A DNA stretch of 64,000 bases from a virus: positions 1 to 64,000 of the IMG/VR virus record IMGVR_UViG_3300045988_132434; one strand, given 5' to 3'. The notes below the pieces were generated by a model. The model was given only the letters and a program-made list of their open reading frames with translations, ran no database searches and was not told where the DNA came from. Below are positions 7,996-19,110 of this stretch, one piece after another. The stretch's first letter is position 1; every line of letters starts with the position of its first letter. The position numbers were made by a program, and so were the translations under genes.

Positions 7996-8901
7996 ATGGA
8001 ATTACGACACCTGAAATCATTTATCTACGTTGCGGAAAACTTATCGTTTACTCTTGCAGCAACGCGCTGCTTCATCACACAATCAGCCATCAGCCAGCAC
8101 ATTAAAGCACTCGAAAACGAACTGAAGTGTAAACTGCTGATAAGAACATCACACGACATAACACTCACTGAAAGCGGAGAAGAACTGTACATTCGAGCGA
8201 AAGAAATTGTAAGACAAGCAGAAGACTGCAAAGAACATATCAGGTCATTAAACAACTGCATGACCGGAGAACTCCGCATTGGTGTAGGGTCTTTTATCGC
8301 ACCATACATCCGTGTCGCTGCATTGCTTTTCATGGAGCGCTACCCCAATGTGCGGATCAACGCTGAGTTTACCAAAGCCACCAGTCTGAATCGCTTACTT
8401 CGTGACCACACGATAGACCTGGCTTTCTCCATGAATACGGCATATCAAAACGAGGGAATAAAAACCAAACCTTGTATTCCATTTCATATCTACACCATTA
8501 TGCGTAAAACACACCCACTGGCCAATCTTGATAAGGTGTCGTATAAAGATCTGCTGCGACATGGTGTTATCATACCCGATGTAGGCGACCGCGTGTTCAA
8601 CACCCTGCAGCAATACATCACTTATGACCTTAACAAACTCAACGTGAAATGTATCGTCAGTGATCCTGACGAAGACCTGGCCATTATAGAAGAAACACCC
8701 TGGGTTACTTTCATGCCAAAGCTATATATGAAGAATCACCCGACACTTATAGCAAAGCCTATTGTTAACCTCGAAAACGAGCTGATGAGCAATGCCCACT
8801 GGATGAAGGATGTGCCGATGAAACTGTCTGCACAGACCTTCCTCGACATCATCCAGCAAGAGGCGATACCCTACATCAACGAACTCGAAAAAACATATTA
8901 A
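7996..8901 (+). CDS. LysR-family transcriptional regulator
   Basis: N-terminal MELRHLKSFIYVAENLSFTLAATRCFITQSAISQHIKALE is a classic LysR wHTH. Length of 301 aa fits, with a substrate-binding-type C-terminal region. Confidence 0.85.
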   Translation: MELRHLKSFIYVAENLSFTLAATRCFITQSAISQHIKALENELKCKLLIRTSHDITLTESGEELYIRAKEIVRQAEDCKEHIRSLNNCMTGELRIGVGSFIAPYIRVAALLFMERYPNVRINAEFTKATSLNRLLRDHTIDLAFSMNTAYQNEGIKTKPCIPFHIYTIMRKTHPLANLDKVSYKDLLRHGVIIPDVGDRVFNTLQQYITYDLNKLNVKCIVSDPDEDLAIIEETPWVTFMPKLYMKNHPTLIAKPIVNLENELMSNAHWMKDVPMKLSAQTFLDIIQQEAIPYINELEKTY

Positions 8902-9548
8902 AATCACCCTGTTTGAACACTGAAGTTTATTTTTGAACTTTGGTACCGCGAAAGGTCCAAAAATAGCGGTGTGAGTCTGCATTTTCGATTTTATTACAAA
9001 ATCAAAAATTCATAAACTGAGAAAAGCAGTCAAGAGTCCATGAGAAATCCACCTCGTGACCCCCCAATGAATTTTTCAAAAAGCAACTTAAACTCCTATA
9101 TTTCTGCTATTTATCTATTAAAAGTTTATAAATTACTATTTTTTCTAAAACCTATAGCGAGCGTAAAGAACAAAAAATAGATAGATGAAGATATAAAATC
9201 ACCGAAATATACCTGTTTTCTGTCACAGTTGTGCCATTTTCTCCCCTATTATCATTCTGTAAGTCAATAGTTTACACTACTTCCGTAGATGCTACCTACC
9301 ATAAGATTAGGGTTCGGGAGTTTTGAAATTAGGGGAGAAAAGAAATTGGCGAAATTTCTATATAGTAATAGCCCGTTATGGGAGATTTTTGGATTTTTGA
9401 CCTTAAACTTTAGACAAAAGTCCAAGAAATCAACGAGTTATAAATGTTCATGGCTTTTGGACTCTGTTTGAGGTCGATAAACAGGAAAATGGACTTGTGT
9501 ACGGATATTCAACGATTGCAGTCTGTCGCCGAATGACGCACAGGAGAA

Positions 9549-9584
9549 TAAAAAAAACCGCCACGTTATCACAACGGAGCGGCT
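9549..9584 (-). terminator. rho-independent terminator after the tape measure gene
   Basis: Minus strand reads CCGCTCCGTT-GTGAT-AACGTGGCGG followed by T8. Confidence 0.6.
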
Positions 9585-9616
9585 AAAAAATGAAACATCT
9601 TTATTCAAGGTACAAA

Positions 9617-12600
9617 TTATTTTCCTTTCATAAACCGATTCGCTTTGTTCATACTGTCGTAGAGCTTATCACGCCCAAACATATCTATCTTGGCTTCAAT
9701 CGGCTGTTCTAAGCGTTGCAAGAGTGTGTTTACGGCTTGCAGGAGCGCAATGTTGCTTGCAGTGTTTGTAGTCAGCAGACCGTCAGTCGCTGACGCGCCA
9801 GACGGAAGATTACCGAAAGTCGCTCCGACATTCCCTTCATCAAATGCTCGGCGGGACGCGCTGCGTCCCGAATAGTTGCTATCATAGTTAACAAGAGCCT
9901 TGAGCAACTGGGGATTGTTCATCATCATGGCATGAGTTGTTTCGCGTCCGATGACCAGTTCTGGACCATTCTCGGCTACAAGAGACGGTTGGCCGTTGAT
10001 GGTGGTGGCAGTGGGCTGCGTGAGGAGAGACACACCGCTATGCGGTTTGTTATCCTCGGTTGCCCAATAGAGGCTACCGTCGTTGCCGACAAACGGTTTC
10101 AGATCCTGTACGTTGCCACTGTCATAAGTGAGCATACCAGATACGAGTTTGGTGTTTTTACCTTTAGAAGCATCATTCGTGGATTTGTCGCTTCCTCCAA
10201 TCTTGCTGATAGCAAAGTTGAGCAAACCCATAAGGATTGCCATCATTGCGCTATAGGCGATTGGTCCGGCGATAGGACCGAGAGTACTAACACACCAACC
10301 AAAGATACCCGCTGAACGAAGTGCTGCCATTACTTGCTGGTGAACACCTTCAAGTTGTTCTTCGGTCTGATTATTGACCGTCTTTACAGCAAGCAAAGCC
10401 GTACCTGTAGCCACTTCGCCTTGTACCTTTGCCGTGCCAAATGCCTGCTGCATGAGGAGCAACTGCGTATAGTGAGCCGTGGTCTGCGCACGGTCTATCT
10501 GCTGTTGACTAATCATCTGCAAAGTGTTGGTGGCAAACGCTTTTATCATCTGCTTTAAGGCTGTCTTCAATGCCTTGCGTCCTTCGGCTGCGTTCTCGGT
10601 CATAGTGGCAAAGGCATCGCCTACCGACTCGCCAAAGGTTTGCAGCGGACCCATGAAGGTAAGGAGTGAGTTGTATTGCTCAAACATATCTCCAGTGAGT
10701 TTCTTGGCGTAGTTAGCCTGTTCTGCCATGATTGACTTTCGGGCATCAGCAAGATGCTGCTCGGTAGCGTTGTGTTCTTCGAGGAACGTGTAATACCGCT
10801 GGGCAAACTCCATACGAGCCTTCATTAGTTCAAGTTCAGGGTCAGAAGCCGACACCGACTCCATACCCATGCGCTGACCGGCATTGCGATAACTACCCTT
10901 GACAATCGCTTCCTGCTCAGCACCAGGCAGAGCTTCCTGATAATCCTTATAATAGTCAGTCTTAGTCCAACCGTAATCATTCAACTTTTTGCGCTCGTCG
11001 TCGCCCTTCTTACTGGCTGATTCGTATTCGTCGTTATACTTTAACAGCTCAAGATAAAGAGCCTTGAGGTTTTGCGCCTTGAGTTGAGAGAAATCAAAAC
11101 CCTCGTTTGCCACAGACAAAAACTGAAGGAACTGATTTTGAAAATTCTCGCTTTCGGGATTAAGACTATATAATACGGTGATAGATTCACGTGCCTTAGT
11201 AGTCAGTTTATCAAAAGCAGCATTCATCTTTTCAAGACCTTCGGGAGAGTCGGTGCGAATATCCTCGGCAGGTTGAAGAAATCCTAATCGGTCGAAATTG
11301 CTACGAGTGTTACGGTTTACTGCACCCGTATAGTCATGCTCATTCAATATCTTCTGTATTTCACGTTGGCGAGCAAGCAACTTCTCTGCTGCCTCGCGCA
11401 ATTCCTTAGAACCATTGGCAAATATCTGGTCGAGCAATGCACCGAGATTTTCGGCAAGTGTCTTATTGTTCTCACGAGAGAGGTCGCCCGACAATTTAGT
11501 GAACAATTTATGAAGTCCACTTATATCCGCTTTACCAATAGACTCAAGCAGTTGCTTAGAAGTTTCGTCATCGAACACCATCACGTCCTCGTCCATATTG
11601 GAATAAAACTGTTTCCAACCATCGCCAAGAGTAGTGATAGACTGACGGGCCGTACCGAGAGCACGATCCATCTGCGATTGCAGATAGTCCATCTGCTCTT
11701 TTTGCTGTCCCTCGCTAATTTTTTCTCCGTCGGCGTTCATTTGCGCAACCCACTCCAAATATTTGCGCATCTGTTCCTCATAGAAAGCCTTAATATTGGC
11801 GATAAGCGCATTCGCACGGTCTTTTGCGATATTTTTCTCATCGTGGTTTTGATTACCACCGGAACCAGTATTACCACCACCTCCATCATCAGCAACAGTT
11901 TTTCCACCGTTGCCAACAGGCTTGCCGTCCACAAAAAGTTTTGAGCCAAACTTCTTATGCAAGGCTTCCTCTTGTGCAACAATATCGTTGTATTCTCGCT
12001 GAGCTTTGTCACGTTCTCGCTTCGCAGCTGCACGTTGTCCTGCCTGTCCGATTGCGCCCTGGGCTTGACCACCCATCACGGCACCACCCGATGTGACTGG
12101 TCTGGTAGGAATATCTACATTAGTATTGGCATACGCATCCTCTTTCTGTTGGAGTTTAAGGATGGCATCCACTTTTTTACGTCCAAGTTCAGAAAGTTTT
12201 GCACGCGCACCTTCCAGCTCGAAGTAATCCTGCAAACGCTTGAAATTATCATCCCAAGCCTTTGTGTTCTCCTTGACAGCTCCGGTCTCGGTATTGATTT
12301 GAGCATTGAGATTAGGAATGGCACCGTTCAACTTCTTCATGGCCTCAAGACGAAGATCCATCGAGGCAGATGTGTCATTCATTACACGATGCAGACGCTT
12401 CAACGACTCCTGTTCTTCCAACGCCTTACGCTTTCCTTCTTCTTGTACCTCATTTAGCACTCGCTGTCCTGCTGATACTTGATAGAGTGAAGCCGACCAT
12501 TGGGCGAGTTTTACAACAAGAACACCAGCGAGGCCGATAAGACCGCCCATCACACTCATTTGCCCTACGAAAGACAACTTTTTGAAAGATGTTGCCATTA

Positions 12601-15013
12601 CGTTCCAGGCATTAGAAAGTGATAGGGTTTTACCAGTTAATCCTGTTGTAAGTTCTGCCAACTTAGCAAATGCGCCGGCTACTCCTGCCGTGCTCAACAT
12701 GGTGATAAGTGTTGGCAGCATACTAAGGAACATCTTCATCGAAGCCATAAGCAACGTGATAAGTATGCGTACTTCGGTCATAAACGAAATGTTATGAACG
12801 AGCGCATCCACCATCTCGTACCACGCCTTAGCCAAATCGCGCACTGGTCCGCTTGCCATGTCTGCCGAAACAAACTGCTTCTCAAAAAGGTTAGCAGCTC
12901 GTTCCATATATGCCGCAGCGGTCTCCTGCTGCATTTCGTACTCCGTAGTGACCGCAGTACCTTCTTGGAAAGCTTTGTTAGACTCGGCAACGGCCTTGTC
13001 GAGCATACCCACCTTCTCTGCCATTGTAACCATGACCTTAGTAAGACGGGCACCGTCCGCAGAACCCATATCTTTGAAGAGAGAGTTTAGGGCAAACACG
13101 TTTTCGCTTTCGTGCATCTTATGGAATATAGTCTGAATAGCCTCCATACCCTTTCCCTCTTCAATCATCTTCTTCAAAGAACCTTGTGCAATGCCGAGGT
13201 CTTTTTCTATTGAAGACGTTCCTTTACGCAGCTCTACCACAAGTTTTCCAAACGCAGTAGCTGCTACTTCGGGTTCAAGGGCCATTGAATCAACAGCAGA
13301 ACCAATAGCAAGAATATCCGGCGTTGTAAGAGTGGCTGCATCACCAAGCGCAAGCATACGGTTGGAGAAGTCCACGATTTTGCCAGAGCAAGCCGTAGAT
13401 GTAGATGCCAGTCGGAAGATAGCAGATCCCGTCTTCAACATAGCATCCTCTACGCCATACTTATCAATAAGCCCCATTACCTCGGTAATCTTAGCGAGAG
13501 CTGTCAACGCTTCATCACCCAAATCCTCTTTCAATGCGACGTTTACCTGATCGGCGGCACGAACAAAACCTGCTAAGTTTTGAGTCTGAATACCAAGCTT
13601 AGCTCCCGCATAGGCCAAGTTGTTTAGCTCTTCTATGCTTGTACGAGTCTCAATTTTAGAGAGATCCTTCGACAACTGAGCCACATCTTCCGTTGTACTT
13701 AGCGCAACCTTACGGATGTTAGTAAGCTGTTCGGCAAACTTAGCGTTCAAACGAAACACATCAAAGAGATAGGTTTTGAGCTGATTGAATACCGCAAACA
13801 GACCAACATAAGCCGTAAGGTTCTTTAATGCGGTTCTCCATGCCCCACCCTGCTTATTTGCCGCGCCAGTCGCATCATCGATATACTTTTTCAGTTGTTT
13901 CATCGACTTCTGCCGGTCGGCAAACTCCTTGCTCTTAGTGTTAAGCTGGTTCAGTTCCTCCTCCAGTTGCTTGTAGGCGCGGCGTAGCTCGTCGAGGGAA
14001 GCCTTGCCTTGCTTGCTACGAGTGAGAATGTCGTTAAGAGCACTCTGTGACATACGGGTGCCTTTGAGTGTCTGTTCGAGCATAGCGTATTGACGACGGA
14101 GCGTAGCTACATACTTGCTGCCAGCAGGGAGTTGCTGTATCTTCTGGGCGATTACTTCCATCGTGCGTTTGATGTCTTCACCAGAAGCCCTATTTGGTTC
14201 AGCCAACACCTGTTTCATCTGCTTCCAACTCATAGAAGCCTTCTGAGCCTTACCCGACACAGCCTCCAGTCGCTTCTCAATCTCCTGAAGATCACGATTG
14301 TAATCGCCAATACTATCAGAATATTTTGTAGGAGTATTGTCGCGAGCCTCAGTAAGTGTAGCCTTTGCTCGGCGCAAATCAGAGGCCGAAGCATTACCGT
14401 TGTTCACAGTCTGAAGTGCCTCCAACTTGCTCATTTTGCCCTTGCGCCTGTCCTCCTCGGCTTCAAGCTGCTTCAATGTAGCGAGATTCTGCTGATAGCT
14501 GGCATCCGACTTTTGCAGCGAGCCCACAAGGTCGCGCTGCTGCTTGATAGCCTTGTCGAGCCACTGGTCTGACTGATTGGAAACGTTCTTCAGTCCGTCG
14601 GCAATCTTGACGTACTGACCTTCGATAAGACGCATTTGATCGCCCACCTGCTTCATCTCGCTTCGTATCTGCTCTGCCTTCTTCAGATCGGCATCCGAGC
14701 CAGTGAGCTTAGCAAGAGCCGACTTGCCCGAACCGAACGCACGGCGAAGATCGCGGAGCTTGGTATTGGTGAGGTCTTGCACCACCTCGCCCAGTCGCTT
14801 CGTGTCCTCGATATTGTCACGCTGCACTTGCGAGAGAGCCTTTAGTGTGCTCTCTGCCTTCTTACACTCAGCCGTATTAGCCTGTCCTGCGGCTGTCATT
14901 TTCTGAATGTCGGCAGTATATTTTTGCACAAGAGCGTCAATCTCTTCCAATACCTTCTTGGCTGTAGAAGCATTGGCGGTGATTACTACTTTTGCTAATT
15001 TTTGTGTTGCCAT
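9617..15013 (-). CDS. tail tape measure protein
   Basis: 1798 aa with long coiled coils. A central hydrophobic block (ILITLLMASMKMFLSMLPTLITMLSTAGVAG...GGLIGLAGVLVV) is typical of TMPs. Confidence 0.85.
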   Translation of the reverse strand: MATQKLAKVVITANASTAKKVLEEIDALVQKYTADIQKMTAAGQANTAECKKAESTLKALSQVQRDNIEDTKRLGEVVQDLTNTKLRDLRRAFGSGKSALAKLTGSDADLKKAEQIRSEMKQVGDQMRLIEGQYVKIADGLKNVSNQSDQWLDKAIKQQRDLVGSLQKSDASYQQNLATLKQLEAEEDRRKGKMSKLEALQTVNNGNASASDLRRAKATLTEARDNTPTKYSDSIGDYNRDLQEIEKRLEAVSGKAQKASMSWKQMKQVLAEPNRASGEDIKRTMEVIAQKIQQLPAGSKYVATLRRQYAMLEQTLKGTRMSQSALNDILTRSKQGKASLDELRRAYKQLEEELNQLNTKSKEFADRQKSMKQLKKYIDDATGAANKQGGAWRTALKNLTAYVGLFAVFNQLKTYLFDVFRLNAKFAEQLTNIRKVALSTTEDVAQLSKDLSKIETRTSIEELNNLAYAGAKLGIQTQNLAGFVRAADQVNVALKEDLGDEALTALAKITEVMGLIDKYGVEDAMLKTGSAIFRLASTSTACSGKIVDFSNRMLALGDAATLTTPDILAIGSAVDSMALEPEVAATAFGKLVVELRKGTSSIEKDLGIAQGSLKKMIEEGKGMEAIQTIFHKMHESENVFALNSLFKDMGSADGARLTKVMVTMAEKVGMLDKAVAESNKAFQEGTAVTTEYEMQQETAAAYMERAANLFEKQFVSADMASGPVRDLAKAWYEMVDALVHNISFMTEVRILITLLMASMKMFLSMLPTLITMLSTAGVAGAFAKLAELTTGLTGKTLSLSNAWNVMATSFKKLSFVGQMSVMGGLIGLAGVLVVKLAQWSASLYQVSAGQRVLNEVQEEGKRKALEEQESLKRLHRVMNDTSASMDLRLEAMKKLNGAIPNLNAQINTETGAVKENTKAWDDNFKRLQDYFELEGARAKLSELGRKKVDAILKLQQKEDAYANTNVDIPTRPVTSGGAVMGGQAQGAIGQAGQRAAAKRERDKAQREYNDIVAQEEALHKKFGSKLFVDGKPVGNGGKTVADDGGGGNTGSGGNQNHDEKNIAKDRANALIANIKAFYEEQMRKYLEWVAQMNADGEKISEGQQKEQMDYLQSQMDRALGTARQSITTLGDGWKQFYSNMDEDVMVFDDETSKQLLESIGKADISGLHKLFTKLSGDLSRENNKTLAENLGALLDQIFANGSKELREAAEKLLARQREIQKILNEHDYTGAVNRNTRSNFDRLGFLQPAEDIRTDSPEGLEKMNAAFDKLTTKARESITVLYSLNPESENFQNQFLQFLSVANEGFDFSQLKAQNLKALYLELLKYNDEYESASKKGDDERKKLNDYGWTKTDYYKDYQEALPGAEQEAIVKGSYRNAGQRMGMESVSASDPELELMKARMEFAQRYYTFLEEHNATEQHLADARKSIMAEQANYAKKLTGDMFEQYNSLLTFMGPLQTFGESVGDAFATMTENAAEGRKALKTALKQMIKAFATNTLQMISQQQIDRAQTTAHYTQLLLMQQAFGTAKVQGEVATGTALLAVKTVNNQTEEQLEGVHQQVMAALRSAGIFGWCVSTLGPIAGPIAYSAMMAILMGLLNFAISKIGGSDKSTNDASKGKNTKLVSGMLTYDSGNVQDLKPFVGNDGSLYWATEDNKPHSGVSLLTQPTATTINGQPSLVAENGPELVIGRETTHAMMMNNPQLLKALVNYDSNYSGRSASRRAFDEGNVGATFGNLPSGASATDGLLTTNTASNIALLQAVNTLLQRLEQPIEAKIDMFGRDKLYDSMNKANRFMKGK

Positions 15014-15034
15014 TGTTTTGCCGTTTTTGTGTTG

Positions 15035-15562
15035 TTAGAGAGTGATATGGATGTCAGAATCCTCGAAAGCCTTAATTATCTGAGCCTCGCCCTGATAGCC
15101 GTAGAAGTCAACGAGATAGTTTTGCATACGCGATTTCAGATGTCGCAGCTCCATCATAATGGCAGGGCGCTGAGAGCGACCTGCGCCATAGCGTTTCCAT
15201 GAACGGACGTATCGACGGGCATAGTTGGCTTTTCGTGCGCTGTCAACGTCGTTGTACTTAGTGCCGAGACCTACACCCATATCCACAAAGCGCATATAGT
15301 CGTTGTAGGTAAACTCATAGGTCCAGCCTTCGGGGGTGTTGTTCACTATTCTGCCTTGGAACGAGTTCACGCCCACTCCCTCGGCGTGCCATTGTCCGCG
15401 TGCTCCACGGGCAGCGTTTATAGCCCGAAAGCCGCTGTAAATCTCCTTCGGGAAGATGCACTGCGTCTCGGTGTTTATCTTGAGCTGACGCAATACGTCG
15501 CCAAGATACCACCGTGCGGTGTCCTTGAAATCAAAGGCTGGAGCTTGTATTGGTTTTGGCAT
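15035..15562 (-). CDS. hypothetical protein immediately upstream of TMP (possible tail assembly/tail protein)
   Basis: Position only. Confidence 0.5.
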   Translation of the reverse strand: MPKPIQAPAFDFKDTARWYLGDVLRQLKINTETQCIFPKEIYSGFRAINAARGARGQWHAEGVGVNSFQGRIVNNTPEGWTYEFTYNDYMRFVDMGVGLGTKYNDVDSARKANYARRYVRSWKRYGAGRSQRPAIMMELRHLKSRMQNYLVDFYGYQGEAQIIKAFEDSDIHITL

Positions 15563-15568
15563 GATGTT

Positions 15569-16174
15569 TTACTTTTTATTATCATCCGAGTTTTCATCTT
15601 CCGGCACGATATACTTGCCGTTGCTGCCACACGCGAAGTTGTAAAGCGGTTGCAGGCTCTTCCAGTCCATGCCCACGACGAGCCATTGTCCGGCGTAGAT
15701 GTCACCCACCATGCCGAAGGAGATAGAACTGGTGTCGATGCTTTGCAGTTCCGCCATCACCATGGCATCGTCGGCAAAACTGCGCTTTGTGACGGGACAG
15801 CGGCCTGTGCGCTTCACCTCGATAAGCCAGGCTATGAGGTCCTTGCAGTAGTCGGTGAGGTCGTTGGCCGTGCGCTCTATCTTGTTGCCGTCGTAACGGC
15901 CAAGAGTCTGCGGTGTGTCCTTCACTTTGGCGAGAAACCACACCTGGTGAGAGACAGATGCCTTCTTTGCGTCAACGAGTTCGCCGGTGGTCAGTACGCT
16001 GTATAGCATACACGGCGAGTGAACGATGTTGGCGTTTCGGGAGAAGATGTTTTCGAGGTCGATGTAGCGGATGCGGAAGAAGCTCTGGTCTTCGAGGCGA
16101 TCGCTTTCGGGTTTGTGAGATAGGGGCTTGTAGATAGAAGCCCAATGCTCAAGGATATTGCTTATTGTCATCAT
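15569..16174 (-). CDS. hypothetical protein (tail module by position)
   Basis: Position only. Confidence 0.5.
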   Translation of the reverse strand: MMTISNILEHWASIYKPLSHKPESDRLEDQSFFRIRYIDLENIFSRNANIVHSPCMLYSVLTTGELVDAKKASVSHQVWFLAKVKDTPQTLGRYDGNKIERTANDLTDYCKDLIAWLIEVKRTGRCPVTKRSFADDAMVMAELQSIDTSSISFGMVGDIYAGQWLVVGMDWKSLQPLYNFACGSNGKYIVPEDENSDDNKK

Positions 16175-16220
16175 GCTATATTTTTTTTAACTACAGAACA
16201 CGCGGAATACGCAGAAACTC

Positions 16221-16793
16221 TTATTTTGCTGATTCTTCCTTTGCCGTTTCCTCCTTTGCAGGTTTCTCCTTTGCCATTTCTTCCGATGCCTCCGCTTCCT
16301 CCTTATCCTTCATCAGCTCTTTCAACTTGACATTAAAGTGTCGCTCGGTCTTGTCGGCCACTATCTTCTGCATCACTCTCGCCCATGCCGCACCATTGCA
16401 GGTACTCTCGTTTTCCAGTACGCTGACAAACTGCACACCGCAATAGAGGGCAGCGAGATAGTTGGCGAGGTGGAGCGGATTCATGTAGTCGAGTACAATA
16501 GTGTCGATGGCGGTGGCGAGGAAGATGGCGAGGATGAGGACGGAGAAGTCCTGCACCATCTTGGTCATCTTCTTGGATTTCAGTTTGCCGTCCATATTAC
16601 ATTTGGGGTTCTTCTTGATAGCCTCACGATACCGGCTGTAGATACGTCTGTTGAGTCGCCACGCCGTGTAGCAGTCGAGCAGGAGGGCGAAGAAGCATAC
16701 ACCGATATAGTTGAGGGACGGTTCGATGTAGCACCACAGCAGACCTATTGCGGCAGCTATGAATCGGGTAATGTTTGGTACAAGTGTTTGCAT
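16221..16793 (-). CDS. holin-like membrane protein (Phage_holin_4-like)
   Basis: Contains TM segments, LLLDCYTAWRL, a KSKKMTKMV..FSVLILAIFLATAID block, and the VSVLENESTCNG motif that resembles the (S)I(L)EN box of that holin family. Confidence 0.5.
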   Translation of the reverse strand: MQTLVPNITRFIAAAIGLLWCYIEPSLNYIGVCFFALLLDCYTAWRLNRRIYSRYREAIKKNPKCNMDGKLKSKKMTKMVQDFSVLILAIFLATAIDTIVLDYMNPLHLANYLAALYCGVQFVSVLENESTCNGAAWARVMQKIVADKTERHFNVKLKELMKDKEEAEASEEMAKEKPAKEETAKEESAK

Positions 16794-16931
16794 TGTTGTG
16801 TGTTGTTTTGTGTTTGTGTTGTTGTTATCCTGAATTTTATGTCACAAATTTACTGATAAGCTGCTACGCACAGCGGACATGGTGGGGTACGGGGAGGTTG
16901 AGCATGTCCGTATGGGGAAGAAAGTTTATCG

Positions 16932-16939
16932 TAACTTTG
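16932..16939 (+). promoter_or_regulatory. -7 box TAACTTTG
   Basis: Lies 21 nt upstream of the ATG at 16960. Confidence 0.5.
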
Positions 16940-16959
16940 GCTACATAAAACACAATACT

Positions 16960-17766
16960 ATGTCAGGAATCACACAAAACACATTGGCCCGCATCGACAA
17001 GTGGCTCTCCTATGGCACGAGTATGCAGACGGCATTCCCGAAACTGGAGCAACGCTACCGTATGCAGGTCTGCTCAGAGTTTTACAAACGATGGGTGCAA
17101 AACAAGGACATCGACCCTCGGACGGTGTGTCGCAACATTGCCCGACGCGACTATGAAATGTTCTTCAACCAGGCTGCGCAGGGCAACAAAGAGGCGCAGG
17201 AGTATGTGCTTGCGCTGAAGATTACACTCGATGATGAGGGCAATATCTGTCCGCGTACCGTTACGGAGCTCAACAACGACGTGTTGGTATGCAACCATCT
17301 TATCCGTTTCTTCCAGACCGACGAAAGTCCGCGCCACAAGGCTATGTTCCTCGGATCGGCAGAATGGCTTATCCGCACTGGCAAGCAAACGAACAACGAC
17401 CGTGCCGTGGCTAAGGGCATGGAGGCATTGGCTAAGGTGTATAAGGACTTTGACGAGGAGCGTGACGCTACGGACGAGATGCCGGATATGAGCCGCATTG
17501 CCATCACGCAGGATGTGAGCATCGTCAAGCGCGACCGCATCAACTACACCGACGAAGAGAAGCAGCGCATGGCCCGCAAATATGGTCTTACCACCAAGGA
17601 TCTCCAAGAGATTGAAGACGAGGAGCTGCTGAGTGGTGGAAAGCCGGAAGAGCCGGACTACTTCGAGTATATGGAAAAGAAGGACGAGGAGGATGTGATT
17701 AGACACGGGTACATGAAAGAAAGCAAATTGACAAATAATTCAGGGCCAACGGAGGATGCGGAATAA
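16960..17766 (+). CDS. hypothetical protein, possible small terminase subunit by position
   Basis: First gene of the rightward packaging block, with an acidic C-terminus. No motif recognised. Confidence 0.35.
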   Translation: MSGITQNTLARIDKWLSYGTSMQTAFPKLEQRYRMQVCSEFYKRWVQNKDIDPRTVCRNIARRDYEMFFNQAAQGNKEAQEYVLALKITLDDEGNICPRTVTELNNDVLVCNHLIRFFQTDESPRHKAMFLGSAEWLIRTGKQTNNDRAVAKGMEALAKVYKDFDEERDATDEMPDMSRIAITQDVSIVKRDRINYTDEEKQRMARKYGLTTKDLQEIEDEELLSGGKPEEPDYFEYMEKKDEEDVIRHGYMKESKLTNNSGPTEDAE

Positions 17767-17783
17767 ACAGAAAATATAAAGAC

Positions 17784-19049
17784 ATGAACATAGACATTAC
17801 GCTTGCTGAAGCATTGGAACGCGCTTCGGCTCGACTACGAGAAAAGATGCTTCACTCGGTGGAGCTGTTGCAGAAAGCAGAGAAGATTGCGCTCAACTAT
17901 GATGCCGAGCAAGGCTATTACTTGGCGTTTAGCGGAGGTAAGGATTCACAGGCACTTTACCACATGACACAGTTGGCCGGAGTGAGGTTTCAGGGTCACA
18001 TGAACCTTACGAGCGTTGACCCTCCCGAAGTGATACGCTTCGTGAAGAAGAACTATCCCGAAGTAGAACTAATCAAGCCTGGCAAATCCATCTTTCAGCA
18101 CGCCATCGAGAAACAGATTTTGCCAACGATGCGTGTGCGCTGGTGTTGTGCCGAGTACAAGGAAACGGCAGGCGCTGGCAAGGTTACGCTTATCGGCATA
18201 CGCAAGGCAGAGAGTTCGCGCCGAGCCAAGCGCAACGAGGTGGAGATAAACAACCGAAAGTTTAGTGGCGACCTCGACGGACAGGAGGAGTACCGACAGG
18301 AGCAGAAGGCTAAACGTGCTCGCCGTAAATCAAAAGAGCAAGGCGTAAACATCACAAACGCTGATGAGGAAAAGACGTTAGGCTGCATCCATGGCAAAGA
18401 GAGCTTGCTTATTTCACCAATTATCTACTGGACAGAGCAAGACGTGTGGGAGTTTCTTAACGATGTGGTAATGGTGCCGCACTGCTCACTCTACGACGAG
18501 GGCTGGCACCGCATAGGCTGCATAGGTTGCCCCATGAGTTCGCACAAGCAGAAGATGCTCGAAAACGAGCGTTATCCGCACATCAAGCGAGGTTGGATTA
18601 GGGCGATTAAGGCCATACGAAACGGGGGGGGTATTCAAAAGAGGATATATCTGGTGGAACGTCCGCAAGGACTGGATGCCTCTCAGAAACGTCAGAGGAT
18701 TGCTCAGGACGCAGGCGGTTACATCAAGCATCCCGACCCCGAACATTGGATGGGGGGGGAATTATCGGAAGTCCAAATCCAAGAGAATCATTGCAACGAA
18801 CTGGCTTCAAACACCATCTCAATTCCTACCAAAAGGATATTTGGAGAGCGATACCGCAAAAGCGAATGGAACGCGATGTGGACGCAAACCATCAAAACGG
18901 GGGGGGGCATTTCTGATAATCTGACAGATGAACAAGAAAACGAAATAGCGGAGAATATCTACGACTGGTGGATTTCTGGCAAATCATACAAACAATGGTA
19001 TGCCGAGAAGTTCCAACAGATGAAACTCGACTTTGGGGAGGAATTATAA
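17784..19049 (+). CDS. PAPS-reductase-like (adenine nucleotide alpha-hydrolase) protein with long C-terminal domain
   Basis: YLAFSGGKDSQALYH PP-loop plus WCCAEYKE..GIRKAESSRR. The C-terminal third contains three G8-G9 tracts. Confidence 0.75.
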   Translation: MNIDITLAEALERASARLREKMLHSVELLQKAEKIALNYDAEQGYYLAFSGGKDSQALYHMTQLAGVRFQGHMNLTSVDPPEVIRFVKKNYPEVELIKPGKSIFQHAIEKQILPTMRVRWCCAEYKETAGAGKVTLIGIRKAESSRRAKRNEVEINNRKFSGDLDGQEEYRQEQKAKRARRKSKEQGVNITNADEEKTLGCIHGKESLLISPIIYWTEQDVWEFLNDVVMVPHCSLYDEGWHRIGCIGCPMSSHKQKMLENERYPHIKRGWIRAIKAIRNGGGIQKRIYLVERPQGLDASQKRQRIAQDAGGYIKHPDPEHWMGGELSEVQIQENHCNELASNTISIPTKRIFGERYRKSEWNAMWTQTIKTGGGISDNLTDEQENEIAENIYDWWISGKSYKQWYAEKFQQMKLDFGEEL

Positions 19050-19110
19050 ACAACGCAAAACAACACAAACAATATGAACAACAAAAATCTAAACGGAAAG
19101 GAGGCTGACA

